NCBI GenBank assembly: GCA_964628835.1
Contig: CAZVME010000006.1
Coordinates: 3,580-67,579, forward strand
DNA: 64,000 bases
Direction of reading: 5' to 3'
Source of the DNA: an uncultured Gammaproteobacteria bacterium
GTDB lineage: Bacteria > Pseudomonadota > Gammaproteobacteria > Chromatiales > Chromatiaceae
Within the stretch, counting starts at the first letter, position 1, and every line of letters begins with the position of its first letter. The notes below the pieces were generated by a model. That model was not told the DNA's origin, ran no database searches, and saw nothing but the letters and a program-made list of their open reading frames with translations. Positions 1-9,007 of this stretch are shown in pieces. A program made the position numbers and the translations under genes.

Positions 1-348
1 GAAGTGGAAGACGCAGCTCTTACTTCAGAAGAAGAGGTTATGGCGCTGCGTTTGCGCAATACAGAATTTGGCACCTGGTTTCAATTTATCGATGATGAGA
101 CAGGGGAACAGAAAAGAGCCAAGCTCTCGTGGTTTAGCCCTCTGAGTAACAGATATATGTTCGTTGACAGAAGTGGTATCCAGGTTGCGGTCAAGCCACT
201 TAAGAATCTGGTGAGTGAGATGGCAAATGAGACAGCAAAAATTATAGATCCGCCCAGTGTGTCATTCTTCAATCTTGCCATGCAGTCGATAAAAGAGATG
301 TTGGAACGGGCAACTGGACCAGTAAAAACCATGGCCTCAAGGCATTAA
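1..348 (+). CDS. C-terminal fragment of a DUF1631-like protein; the 5' end lies outside the window
   Basis: The frame is open from base 1. The tail (GTWFQF...RAKLSWFSPLSNRYMFVDRSG) resembles the conserved C-terminus of DUF1631 proteins. This was recognised by eye only. Confidence 0.45.
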   Translation, partial: EVEDAALTSEEEVMALRLRNTEFGTWFQFIDDETGEQKRAKLSWFSPLSNRYMFVDRSGIQVAVKPLKNLVSEMANETAKIIDPPSVSFFNLAMQSIKEMLERATGPVKTMASRH

Positions 349-350
349 CA

Positions 351-686
351 ATGAATGATAAAAGAACCTCTGAAAGGAAACCCGTCTCGGGACTGATCGA
401 GGTTCTTGATTTGCCTCGTGGCCAGACAGCTGGTCACCTGGCAAATATTAGCAGTGGTGGCTTCATGTTGGTGGCGCGGGAGTATGAGATAGAACCAAAT
501 ATGGTTTTTCAGTTCCGTTTCTTTTTTCCCACCCCCATCATGGACCGGGATACAATTGATTGCGGAGCCGAGAGTCTGTGGAGTGAGCCGGCAGTGGGTG
601 AGAAGGGGTATTGGGCGGGATTTCAGATTATTGATATCTCTGACCAAGATGCTGAGCTTTTCAGTTACCTAATAGCCCATAAATAA
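351..686 (+). CDS. PilZ-domain (c-di-GMP binding) protein
   Basis: It has RTSER (RxxxR) followed by NISSGG (D/NxSxxG), the two PilZ signature motifs. It is a small single-domain protein. Confidence 0.7.
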   Translation: MNDKRTSERKPVSGLIEVLDLPRGQTAGHLANISSGGFMLVAREYEIEPNMVFQFRFFFPTPIMDRDTIDCGAESLWSEPAVGEKGYWAGFQIIDISDQDAELFSYLIAHK

Positions 687-689
687 TTC

Positions 690-1124
690 TGTGTGATTGC
701 CATGGTTGATCTGTTTGAAGCTTCTTGTGTTGCTGGGTAAATCACATTTTTTACCATGTCATTGCTTGGGAATAGCTTGTGTTTTTTGATGACTTTTCGG
801 ATCACGCTTTTGAGTGATTCAGAGGCATTGGTTGAATAAATAGCTTTGCGGATATCTTCCGGATGATTGAGCAGAGTGTTTGGGTTTTGTCAGCAACCGC
901 ACCAACTACTACTGATGTGCAATACATAGTTGTACCTGAGCCCATGTGTAGACAGTTTGTATCACATCAGGAAATCCATTTAGGCCATAAACTCCATACC
1001 AAAGAATAAGATCTAAGGAACCTCTGATTAATTCAGAGGTTCCAGCAGCACATGGATGTGCTGCCATTTTCTCTGGCTTTACCAGAGCGCCCCTAAAATA
1101 AAAAGTGCCAAAGATAATTGACAC
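690..1124 (-). pseudogene. Degraded IS256/Mutator-family transposase relic
   Basis: Minus-strand translations give GLNGFPDVIQTVYTWAQVQLCIAHQ (Mutator signature) and PEDIRKAIYSTNASESLKSVIRKVIKKHKLFPSNDMV (IS256 C-terminal block). These lie only ~40 nt apart and are interrupted by stops, so most of the gene is missing. Confidence 0.6.
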
Positions 1125-1158
1125 TGCCTCTATACTTGGTAGAGGAAAGGAGTTTTAA

Positions 1159-4104
1159 ATGCAGGGTCATAATAGTAATCAAAAAATGCATTTTAGTCAG
1201 GATCTTGAGCAGAGGGTATTGGAACTGGGGCGGGAGATCCTCGCCCGGGCGGAAGAGATTCAAGCCCGGCAGGGTGGTGGTGAACGTTGGGTAAATAAAC
1301 TCCTGGAACAGAGCATGGCAGATGAAAGTTTCCGGGTGAAGGCCCTGCGGTTTATCGATGTGCTTCCGGCTTTGCGCAGTGATCAGGAACTGTTGCGTCA
1401 TCTGCATGAATATTTTTCTAAGGATGAGCTGCCATTACCTAAACCGTTGCGGGCACTGTTTGCCAGTTCCCACAACGCTATGACTGCCAAATTGATTGCG
1501 CCCGTAATTCGCCATGGAGCTGCAGCACTTGCGGAGCGTTTTCTGGGTGGCGCCACCCTCAAAGATGTAGAGGCGACTCTGGATCGGCAGACCGCCTTAG
1601 GATTGGCGGTTTCACTGGATCGTCTGGGTGAAGCGGTGGTGAGTGAGTCTGAGGCAAAGGAGTATCTGGCCAGCTACAACAAGATATTGGATAACCTGAC
1701 TGCCCATGCACATGGCGCTGATGGGAGTGAGTTAAACCTCTCGCTGAAGATCTCTTCTCTCTATCCGCGCATGCTGGCCTGTGACCCGGATGGGGCGGTT
1801 GACGGGGTGCTGGAGCGTCTGCGGCCTCTGCTGCTGCAGGCGAAAAAGAGTGGTGTGTCCATCTGTCTGGATATGGAGCAGTATGATCTTAAGGGAATCA
1901 TTCTAGATGCCTTTAAGAAAGTTATGCAGGAACCGGATTTTGTTACCTGGGCCGGTGGTGGTCTGGCGCTTCAGGGCTATTTACGTGAGGCAATTGATGA
2001 TCTTGATGGCTTGCTGGAGTGGGCCGATTCCAGGGAGCAGCCGGTAACAATTCGCCTGGTGCGTGGCGCTTACTGGGACCAGGAATTGATTCTCTCCAGA
2101 CGGGAAGGCTGGCCGCTTCCGGTCTGGCTGCATAAACATCAGACCGACAGGTCATTTGAACTCTGCCTTAACATGCTGTTTCAGGCCCATACCAAACTGC
2201 GTCCGGCGGTAGCCACCCATAACGTCAGGAGTATGGCCCTGGCCATGGCCCTGGCTGAGGAGAGTGGCACCGGGAAGGATGGGTTTGAGTTTCAGATGTT
2301 GTACGGGATGGGGGAAGCCCTACGTAGCGCCCTGGTGGAGATGGGTTACCGGGTGCGCCTCTACACGCCATTTGGGGAGCTACTCCCCGGCATGGCCTAC
2401 CTGGTGCGCCGGGTGTTGGAAAACTCATCCAGTCAGTCGTTTCTCCATCTTGGTTATCTGCCCCAGGAGATGTCGGAGCACATCCTGCATCCCAGCTACA
2501 GTTCCGAGATGGGGGCAGAGGAGATGCCGGCAGCGGTTGGTTTCAGCAATGAACCGGTGCGGCGCTTTACCGACCCGGCTGAGCGCGCAGGTTTTATCCG
2601 GGCCATAGAGAAGGTACGAGGAGATTTGGGCAGGAGTTATCCTCTGGATATTGGCGGCAGGCCGGTGGATACCGGGATCTATATTGACTCCATCAATCCG
2701 GCGCAACCCGAGCAACTGGTGGGACGGGTCTGTTCGGCCGCTAGTGATGAGGTAGAGCAGGTGGTGGAGGCGGCACGTATGGCCTATGCATCATGGGGTC
2801 ACAGCCGAGTGCATGAGCGGGTGAAACTGCTGCTTTGTGCAGCAGAAAAACTGCGACAGCGACGAGATGAGTTTGCGGCCTGGGAGATTTTTGAAGCGGG
2901 AAAGAGCTGGTCTGAAGCGGATGCGGATGTGGTGGAGGCCATAGATTTTCTTGAGTACTACGCCACAGAGGCCGAACGTTTGGGGGCTGGGTTCAGTAGT
3001 GACGTTATGGGTGAGACCAATCACTACTCCTATGCTCCAAGAGGTGTGGCCCTGATCCTGCCGCCATGGAATTTCCCCCTGGCCATTGTGACCGGCATGC
3101 TCTCCGCTGCACTGGTTACTGGCAACACGGCCATCCTGAAACCCTCATCCCAGACTCCGGTGGTGGCGGCAATGCTGGTACAGTTGCTCAAGGATGCAGG
3201 CGTTCCAGATGGGGTGGTGAATTATCTCCCCGGACCGGGCGAAGAGGTGGGTGAGTATCTGGTCAAACATCCCCACATAAGCATCATCGCCTTTACCGGC
3301 TCGGTTAAAGTGGGACTGCGTATCAATGAACTGGCAGCTCACACTCAGTCAAATCAGGCACAGGTGAAACGGGTGATAGCCGAGATGGGGGGCAAGAATG
3401 CCATTATCGTAGACGGCTCTGCCGACATGGATGAGGCGGTGCTGGGGACAGTGGCTTCCGCTTTTGGCTATCAAGGACAGAAGTGTAGCGCCTGCTCCAG
3501 GGTAATAGTTGTGGACACTGCCTACGCAGTTTTTAAACGACGCCTGATCGATGCCATAGCCAGTCTCAGGATCGGGCTGCCGGAGCTGCCCGGTACCGAT
3601 CTGGGTCCGGTTATAGAAGCGGCGGCCAAGCAGCGTATCGAGTCTGTTATTGCCCTGGAGTCTGAGATTAATAAACCGGTGCTTTCCCTGGATGTGTCTG
3701 AACATGCCCCAGGGTTTTTTGTTGGCTCAACCCTGTTTGCAGATGTAAGTCCAGAAAGTCCAGTTGCACAAGAGGAGATATTCGGGCCGGTATTGGCATT
3801 GCTAAAGGCGCAAGATTTTAAACAGGCCCTGGAGATTGCCAACGGCACCAGGTACGCCCTCACCGGTGGGGTCTACAGCCGTAGCCCCGCGAATCTGCAA
3901 CGTGCCACGCAGCAGTTCCAGGTGGGCAATCTTTACCTTAACCGAGGCATCACCGGTGCCCTGGTGGGCCGACAACCATTCGGTGGGTTCAAGATGAGTG
4001 GAGTAGGGAGCAAGGCCGGAGGCCCGGACTATCTGTTGCAGTTCATGGAACCGCGTACGGTTACCGAGAACACCATGCGTCGTGGCTATGCGCCCATGGA
4101 TTGA
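1159..4104 (+). CDS. putA: Bifunctional proline dehydrogenase / L-glutamate gamma-semialdehyde (P5C) dehydrogenase
   Basis: This is a 981-aa ORF. The N-terminal half is a PRODH barrel (RLVRGAYWD, MLYGMGE). The C-terminal half is an aldehyde dehydrogenase (EMGGKNA, GQKCSACSR, EEIFGPV). No antisense ORF is preferred over it. Confidence 0.9.
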   Translation: MQGHNSNQKMHFSQDLEQRVLELGREILARAEEIQARQGGGERWVNKLLEQSMADESFRVKALRFIDVLPALRSDQELLRHLHEYFSKDELPLPKPLRALFASSHNAMTAKLIAPVIRHGAAALAERFLGGATLKDVEATLDRQTALGLAVSLDRLGEAVVSESEAKEYLASYNKILDNLTAHAHGADGSELNLSLKISSLYPRMLACDPDGAVDGVLERLRPLLLQAKKSGVSICLDMEQYDLKGIILDAFKKVMQEPDFVTWAGGGLALQGYLREAIDDLDGLLEWADSREQPVTIRLVRGAYWDQELILSRREGWPLPVWLHKHQTDRSFELCLNMLFQAHTKLRPAVATHNVRSMALAMALAEESGTGKDGFEFQMLYGMGEALRSALVEMGYRVRLYTPFGELLPGMAYLVRRVLENSSSQSFLHLGYLPQEMSEHILHPSYSSEMGAEEMPAAVGFSNEPVRRFTDPAERAGFIRAIEKVRGDLGRSYPLDIGGRPVDTGIYIDSINPAQPEQLVGRVCSAASDEVEQVVEAARMAYASWGHSRVHERVKLLLCAAEKLRQRRDEFAAWEIFEAGKSWSEADADVVEAIDFLEYYATEAERLGAGFSSDVMGETNHYSYAPRGVALILPPWNFPLAIVTGMLSAALVTGNTAILKPSSQTPVVAAMLVQLLKDAGVPDGVVNYLPGPGEEVGEYLVKHPHISIIAFTGSVKVGLRINELAAHTQSNQAQVKRVIAEMGGKNAIIVDGSADMDEAVLGTVASAFGYQGQKCSACSRVIVVDTAYAVFKRRLIDAIASLRIGLPELPGTDLGPVIEAAAKQRIESVIALESEINKPVLSLDVSEHAPGFFVGSTLFADVSPESPVAQEEIFGPVLALLKAQDFKQALEIANGTRYALTGGVYSRSPANLQRATQQFQVGNLYLNRGITGALVGRQPFGGFKMSGVGSKAGGPDYLLQFMEPRTVTENTMRRGYAPMD

Positions 4105-4125
4105 ATTTCGGTATGTGGTTTGATC

Positions 4126-4209
4126 ATGGCATATGATGAAGGCTTGGCGGAACGAATCCGTGAGAGATTTACGGAGCGAGATGATGTGCGTGTAGATCAT
4201 GACAAGTAG
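4126..4209 (+). pseudogene. 27-codon remnant resembling the N-terminus of a TfoX-N-domain protein
   Basis: MAYDEGLAERIRERFTERDDVRVDHDK then stop. The opening MAYDE.LAERIRE is typical of TfoX_N proteins, which normally run about 110 aa. Confidence 0.3.
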
Positions 4210-4275
4210 CCAGTGTTGCACCCAGGCGGTTTGATATGCTGCAGGTTATAGAAGCTAGAGAATTCTGGAGGTAGT

Positions 4276-4773
4276 ATGGATCTTGAGGCAAAAGTGGTTC
4301 TGGCGCATCTGTTGAAGACACAACATGTGGCAGCATTTGGCACCATGTATGAAGGTCATCCTGAGGTCAGTATGGTGACCTACCTACCAGCCGCTGATTT
4401 CTCCAGGGTGTTCATACTTATCAGTGGCCTGGCGCGACATACTAAAAACATCCAGAAACATCCTGCGGTTGGTCTGATGGTCTGTGAGGAAGGCAGATCG
4501 GATAAAGACCCACAGACACTGGCGCGATTGTCCTTACAGGGAGTGGCTAGGGTGTTAGATCAGTCGGAGTCTGAGTACGCCAAGATCAAGGCTGGATACC
4601 TGGAGAAGTATCCTGATTCCAAGGCCAGTTTTGGTCTGGGGGATTTCAAGCTGTACGCTATCGAATTGGAACGGGCTCGTTTTGTGGCGGGCTTTGGCCG
4701 CATCTTCAACCTGACCAGGCAAGGTCTGGCAGAAGCCGAGGCGGCCCATGACCAGAGTATCGGTAATGCATGA
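4276..4773 (+). CDS. Pyridoxamine 5'-phosphate oxidase-like FMN-binding family protein
   Basis: 165 aa with a split-barrel-like pattern (VAAFGT...PEVSMVTY...ISGLARHTKN...PAVGLMV). A GGAGG-like Shine-Dalgarno sits upstream. Confidence 0.55.
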   Translation: MDLEAKVVLAHLLKTQHVAAFGTMYEGHPEVSMVTYLPAADFSRVFILISGLARHTKNIQKHPAVGLMVCEEGRSDKDPQTLARLSLQGVARVLDQSESEYAKIKAGYLEKYPDSKASFGLGDFKLYAIELERARFVAGFGRIFNLTRQGLAEAEAAHDQSIGNA

Positions 4774-4786
4774 TCAAATCTGATAT

Positions 4787-4806
4787 CCGCTTGTGGCCAC
4801 AAGCGG
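4787..4806. terminator. Perfect 20-bp palindrome between convergent genes; possible bidirectional terminator
   Basis: ccgcttgtgg/ccacaagcgg. There is no clean U-tract. Confidence 0.3.
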
Positions 4807-4932
4807 CCTGTTGGGTTTGCCCACATAGTAAACAGTTACGGCCCGGTTTTACGAACTACTCTCAACCGTGTCATGGACCAATAAAACCAACCATTAACTA
4901 GATGGCTGCGATGGCGAGGAACTATACAACCA

Positions 4933-5553
4933 TTAATTAGACTCTTCCTTTAATTCCTCCCCAATCTTGATCAATTCAGCAATATTATTCGCCCCCAACC
5001 TTTCCATCATCTTGGCTCTATGCACCTCCACAGTTCTTACAGATATATAGAGTGTCTCTGATATCTGCTTATTGGTGAGCCCCTTGGTTACCAGTTCAAA
5101 CAGTTGCTTTTCACGCTCGGTCAGTTCGTTAAACTGTTGCAGGTAGTTGTTGTGGAGGAATTTCCTAAGGCTACCTTGTTGGGCCTTTTCGATACTTGGG
5201 ACAAGCTCAGCAGCGTTTATCGGTTTTTGATGGAAGTCGCAGGCGCCTTCACGGAAGGCTTTGACCGCCATGGGTACATCACCATGACTGGTAAGAAACA
5301 TCACCTGGATGCAGGAGTGAGTGTCGTTTAATATTTCATGTACTTGTTGACCGCTCAGTCCTGGCATGCGGCTGTCGAGGATCAGGCAGCCAGGTGAGTT
5401 TAGGTCGACCTGTTCCAGAAACTGTTCACCGCTAGCGAAGTCCTGGACTGTGAATTTATACCCCTCCAGCACATAGCTCAGAGCTTCGCGCACCGAATCA
5501 TCATCATCGACGATATAGATTGGGACGGCCAACACTTCATTCACTTTTTTCAC
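4933..5553 (-). CDS. LuxR/FixJ-type response regulator (REC + HTH), TtrR-like
   Basis: The N-terminal receiver carries IYIVDDDDS...DSRMPG...K. The C-terminus carries LTEREKQLFELV..GLTNKQISETLYISVRTVEVHR. It overlaps the upstream kinase gene by 17 nt. Confidence 0.85.
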   Translation of the reverse strand: MKKVNEVLAVPIYIVDDDDSVREALSYVLEGYKFTVQDFASGEQFLEQVDLNSPGCLILDSRMPGLSGQQVHEILNDTHSCIQVMFLTSHGDVPMAVKAFREGACDFHQKPINAAELVPSIEKAQQGSLRKFLHNNYLQQFNELTEREKQLFELVTKGLTNKQISETLYISVRTVEVHRAKMMERLGANNIAELIKIGEELKEESN

Positions 5554-7330
5554 CTTTCAAGTGGCATATTACACGGGTGCCTTGCGTTTCAACGGGTTCC
5601 ATTTTAATGCTTCCATCGTGCGCTTCCATAATACGACGACAGATGGACATGCCCAGTCCAAAACCGTTGGGCTTGGTTGAGTGGAGGGGTTTAAACAGGC
5701 TCTCTGGATCTTGCTCACCCAGTCCATGCCCATTGTCTTCAATGCTGAGGGTAATATCGCCTTCGGACGTGCACTTAATGGTGATTATCAATTGTGGTTC
5801 ACTGGTATTTTGCAGTGCGTCAATACTATTGCGAACCAGATTGACTATTAGCTGCTGTATCTCAACAGGATCAACAGCAGCAATGATCGCCAAGTATGGC
5901 AGTTTAAGGGTTGGTTTGATGTTGTGCCGTTTGAACTCGTAGTCGAGCAAGTTGATGGTTTCGATAATCAGGGTGTTGAGGTTAGTAGGCTGCCGATTGA
6001 TATCCCCCTTTTTGGCAAACACTCGAATTCGTTCAATGATCTTTGCACCACGTTGAGCCTGGTTGCTGATTCTGCCTAACAGGCCTATGAGGTCGTGCTC
6101 GTCTAATTTTTCATCAATGCGGATGGAACCACCCTCGGCATAACTGTTGATCGCCGCCAGGGGTTGTTTCAGTTCGTGTGCCAAGTCGGATGAGAGTTCA
6201 CCCAGGATGGCAACCCGTTGCGCGTGTTCCAGCTGTTGTTGCTGATGATGCAGCTCTTCATTGATAGTTTCCAGTTCACAGGTTCGTCGGTTCATCAGGA
6301 TCTGCACCCAGAGATGGTGCAGGAAACCTAGCAGGATAAGGAAGAAGACCAGTGCACCCCAGGGCCAGTTGAGTTTCAGCCACTGGAGGGCAATTTGCCA
6401 CCAGGGTTCTTGCCAGGGGTGTATGTTTAGTCGTTGGTAAAGCTGATGGATATCCAGGCTGCTGACGGGAGCTGTCCATCCCAGTGAGCCAGCATTTATA
6501 GCGGCCTGGGAATCATTGGGCAGGGCGAGTAGGGCGTGGGCTACCTTTTCGGCGATGTCATCGGGAGTTTCTCGCAGCTTGGAAAAGGACCAGTTTGGAT
6601 AGAGAGTGGTACTTACCTGGCAGTCGTAACCTTTGTGTTGTTGCTGTTCCAGAATACGGTAGCGGTCACGATCAATCCGTCCCTCTTCAGCCATCGCTTC
6701 GAGCAGGCATGCCGGTAGTACCACGGCATCCACTTCGCTGTTGTCTAACCATTGGGTCAGCTGGTCCACAGGGAAGTTGGAAAAGCGAATGTCGGAGAAG
6801 AAGCGTGTGGGTTGATATCCACGGCTAACCATCTCTCCCCAATAGATCTGAAAGCCACCAAATGCCAGTGGGTCAACCGCACCTAACTTGCGTCCCTTTA
6901 ACGCTTTTAGCTCATAAACGGTTGAAGCTGAATTGACCACCAGTGCTGAACCGATCACTGGTCCCCGTCCTTTGTGGCGGCGGGATTTTAAAGTGGCCAG
7001 CCAACTGAGCCCGTATTTTGTGCCGAGCCTTACATACTGCCCGGCGTTGGTGATGGCAAAGTCGATATTGCCATCAATGACTACTTGGTCCAGTCCTTTG
7101 AGATTGTAGGGTATTGCCTTGAATCTATAACCTGGAATTGTCGCGCTCAGATACTGCATGGTTGCCGACCAGCGATCCACTGCCTTGGCATCTCCTCGAA
7201 AGGCCAGTACAGCCACTTTCAGTTCGGTCATGGTTTCTTGGGCCGGGAGTGGGGTGGTGCCCAGGATAGCTGATACGCCAATCAACAGAAATATGGCTTT
7301 TAGGGTTTTAAAGAAGGTGATTTGGTTCAT
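5537..7330 (-). CDS. Sensor histidine kinase with a periplasmic PhnD-type substrate-binding domain (TtrS-like architecture)
   Basis: Order of elements: signal/TM, PhnD-like domain (KVAVLAFRG...DFAITNAGQYV), TM, H-box (LAHELKQPLAAI), HATPase (DNGHGLG...GFGLGMSI). Confidence 0.8.
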   Translation of the reverse strand: MNQITFFKTLKAIFLLIGVSAILGTTPLPAQETMTELKVAVLAFRGDAKAVDRWSATMQYLSATIPGYRFKAIPYNLKGLDQVVIDGNIDFAITNAGQYVRLGTKYGLSWLATLKSRRHKGRGPVIGSALVVNSASTVYELKALKGRKLGAVDPLAFGGFQIYWGEMVSRGYQPTRFFSDIRFSNFPVDQLTQWLDNSEVDAVVLPACLLEAMAEEGRIDRDRYRILEQQQHKGYDCQVSTTLYPNWSFSKLRETPDDIAEKVAHALLALPNDSQAAINAGSLGWTAPVSSLDIHQLYQRLNIHPWQEPWWQIALQWLKLNWPWGALVFFLILLGFLHHLWVQILMNRRTCELETINEELHHQQQQLEHAQRVAILGELSSDLAHELKQPLAAINSYAEGGSIRIDEKLDEHDLIGLLGRISNQAQRGAKIIERIRVFAKKGDINRQPTNLNTLIIETINLLDYEFKRHNIKPTLKLPYLAIIAAVDPVEIQQLIVNLVRNSIDALQNTSEPQLIITIKCTSEGDITLSIEDNGHGLGEQDPESLFKPLHSTKPNGFGLGMSICRRIMEAHDGSIKMEPVETQGTRVICHLKGEKSE

Positions 7331-7525
7331 GTTGTCTATTGTAGTCGGAAGTGCTCAGAAAAATATGTGGTTAACCACAATTATGCTGCCGCTGATCTTG
7401 TCTTAGACTGATGTCGAAATCCAAATAAGGTCACTGAACTATGGTTATGAGCGGATTGATTTACACCCGTCTTATCACTAAATGACTTTTAAAAGAGATA
7501 AATTAATTTAAACCTGAGGAGTTAG

Positions 7526-8536
7526 ATGATGAGAATACGTACCGCGCTAATTCTAGCATTGACCGGAAGTTTAAGCATGGTTGCGATGGCTGTAGAGAGG
7601 CCCAAGCTGCCAGATCCCCCAAAAAACTATCCTCCTGGAGAGCTGGGACGTATGGTTAAGTTGGGTGAGGAAATTATTTACAATACCAATACCCACCCTT
7701 TGACTAAGGAACTGGTGGGTAATGATCTTAAATGCACCAACTGCCACCTGGATGGTGGTAAGACCAAGACCTTGGGAACCTTTATTGGAACCGCCACCTC
7801 GTTCCCTGCATACTCACCCCGGGAAAAAACAGTGCAGACATTGCAGAACCGTATCAATAACTGCTTTATGCGCAGTATGAACGGAAAGCGGCCGATTATT
7901 GATACTGAGGCCTCGGTGGCCATGGCCTCTTATGTCACCTGGCTCTCTTCCGGAATGCCGATCAAGATGAACCCCAAGAAGCCGGTTAATCCTAACTACA
8001 GCAAGATATGGTGGGGTAAGAAGTGGGTGCTGCCGATGATCAAAGTGGCAACTAATGACAACTACCTATCAGGTCAAAAGCTCTACACTGAGAAGTGTAT
8101 GGCCTGCCATCAGTCTGATGGTCAAGGGCTGGCTGAAGCCAAGTTCCCACCCATCTGGGGTGAACGCTCTTATAACACTGGAGCAGGCCTGAGTAAGCCA
8201 GAAAAACTGTCGACTTATCTGCTTTACAATATGCCTCTGGGCAAGGCAGACCTGACAAAACAGCAGGCGGTTGATATCGCTATTTACGTAGATGCTCAGC
8301 CTCGGCCTTCGTTTGACCTCAACCGGGCACTGTTTCCACGTGAGCAGATGGGCCACTACAACTCCAAGGTGCTGGAGGAGAAACATACGGTGAGCAGCAA
8401 TTTCTCCAAGTGGGGATTGGATGTGAACAAGATCCGTGCTGATACTTTTATCGCTGATTTGGAATCGGTGAAAAATGAGGAGATATCTTCTAGTTCCAGC
8501 AAAGGTAAGAAAGATAAGTTGAGCTTGGTTAAGTAG
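7526..8536 (+). CDS. tsdA: Dihaem cytochrome c thiosulfate dehydrogenase / tetrathionate reductase, TsdA family
   Basis: It has a signal peptide and two CxxCH motifs (CTNCH, CMACH). It also has the SoxA/TsdA-type QNRINNCFMRSMNG block carrying the Cys haem ligand. Confidence 0.75.
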   Translation: MMRIRTALILALTGSLSMVAMAVERPKLPDPPKNYPPGELGRMVKLGEEIIYNTNTHPLTKELVGNDLKCTNCHLDGGKTKTLGTFIGTATSFPAYSPREKTVQTLQNRINNCFMRSMNGKRPIIDTEASVAMASYVTWLSSGMPIKMNPKKPVNPNYSKIWWGKKWVLPMIKVATNDNYLSGQKLYTEKCMACHQSDGQGLAEAKFPPIWGERSYNTGAGLSKPEKLSTYLLYNMPLGKADLTKQQAVDIAIYVDAQPRPSFDLNRALFPREQMGHYNSKVLEEKHTVSSNFSKWGLDVNKIRADTFIADLESVKNEEISSSSSKGKKDKLSLVK

Positions 8537-8569
8537 TTTTATTTGGACTGACACAGGATCCCCTCCATT

Positions 8570-8606
8570 GGCCTGTCTACTGCAATAGTAGACAGGCCCT
8601 TTTTTT
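8570..8606 (+). terminator. Rho-independent terminator after tsdA
   Basis: ggcctgtctact-gcaa-tagtagacaggcc followed by a T-run. Confidence 0.7.
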
Positions 8607-9007
8607 CTTTGGTTTGCGGTGTGGTCGATGTCTAATCACATCAGTTTGATCACTTAGCAAACAACGGGACATAAGGGAAGGCAGTTACTTGGTAGGCCTG
8701 ATAAAGGATGGGTTTGGTTTAAGCTCTTTATGATCTGTTCTAACAGGAATTACTTTGCTGATCCAGATGTTGCTTTAACTGTATAGTCTACGGTTCTATC
8801 TGATGTAGTCTGCAAGATTGAGTCATAATTATTAACCAGGCACTAATATATACCACGTTTAGAGCTTCAAGAAAGACTCAGATCAAGCTGCAGCCCACAA
8901 CTGATTCTCTCTCCCTTGGTATGAGCTACAACACCGATCTGAGTCTTTCTGGAAGTTTCTAACAAACTAATTGTTTACCACTAGAGTTACAGTTGTACCC
9001 CTGGCAG

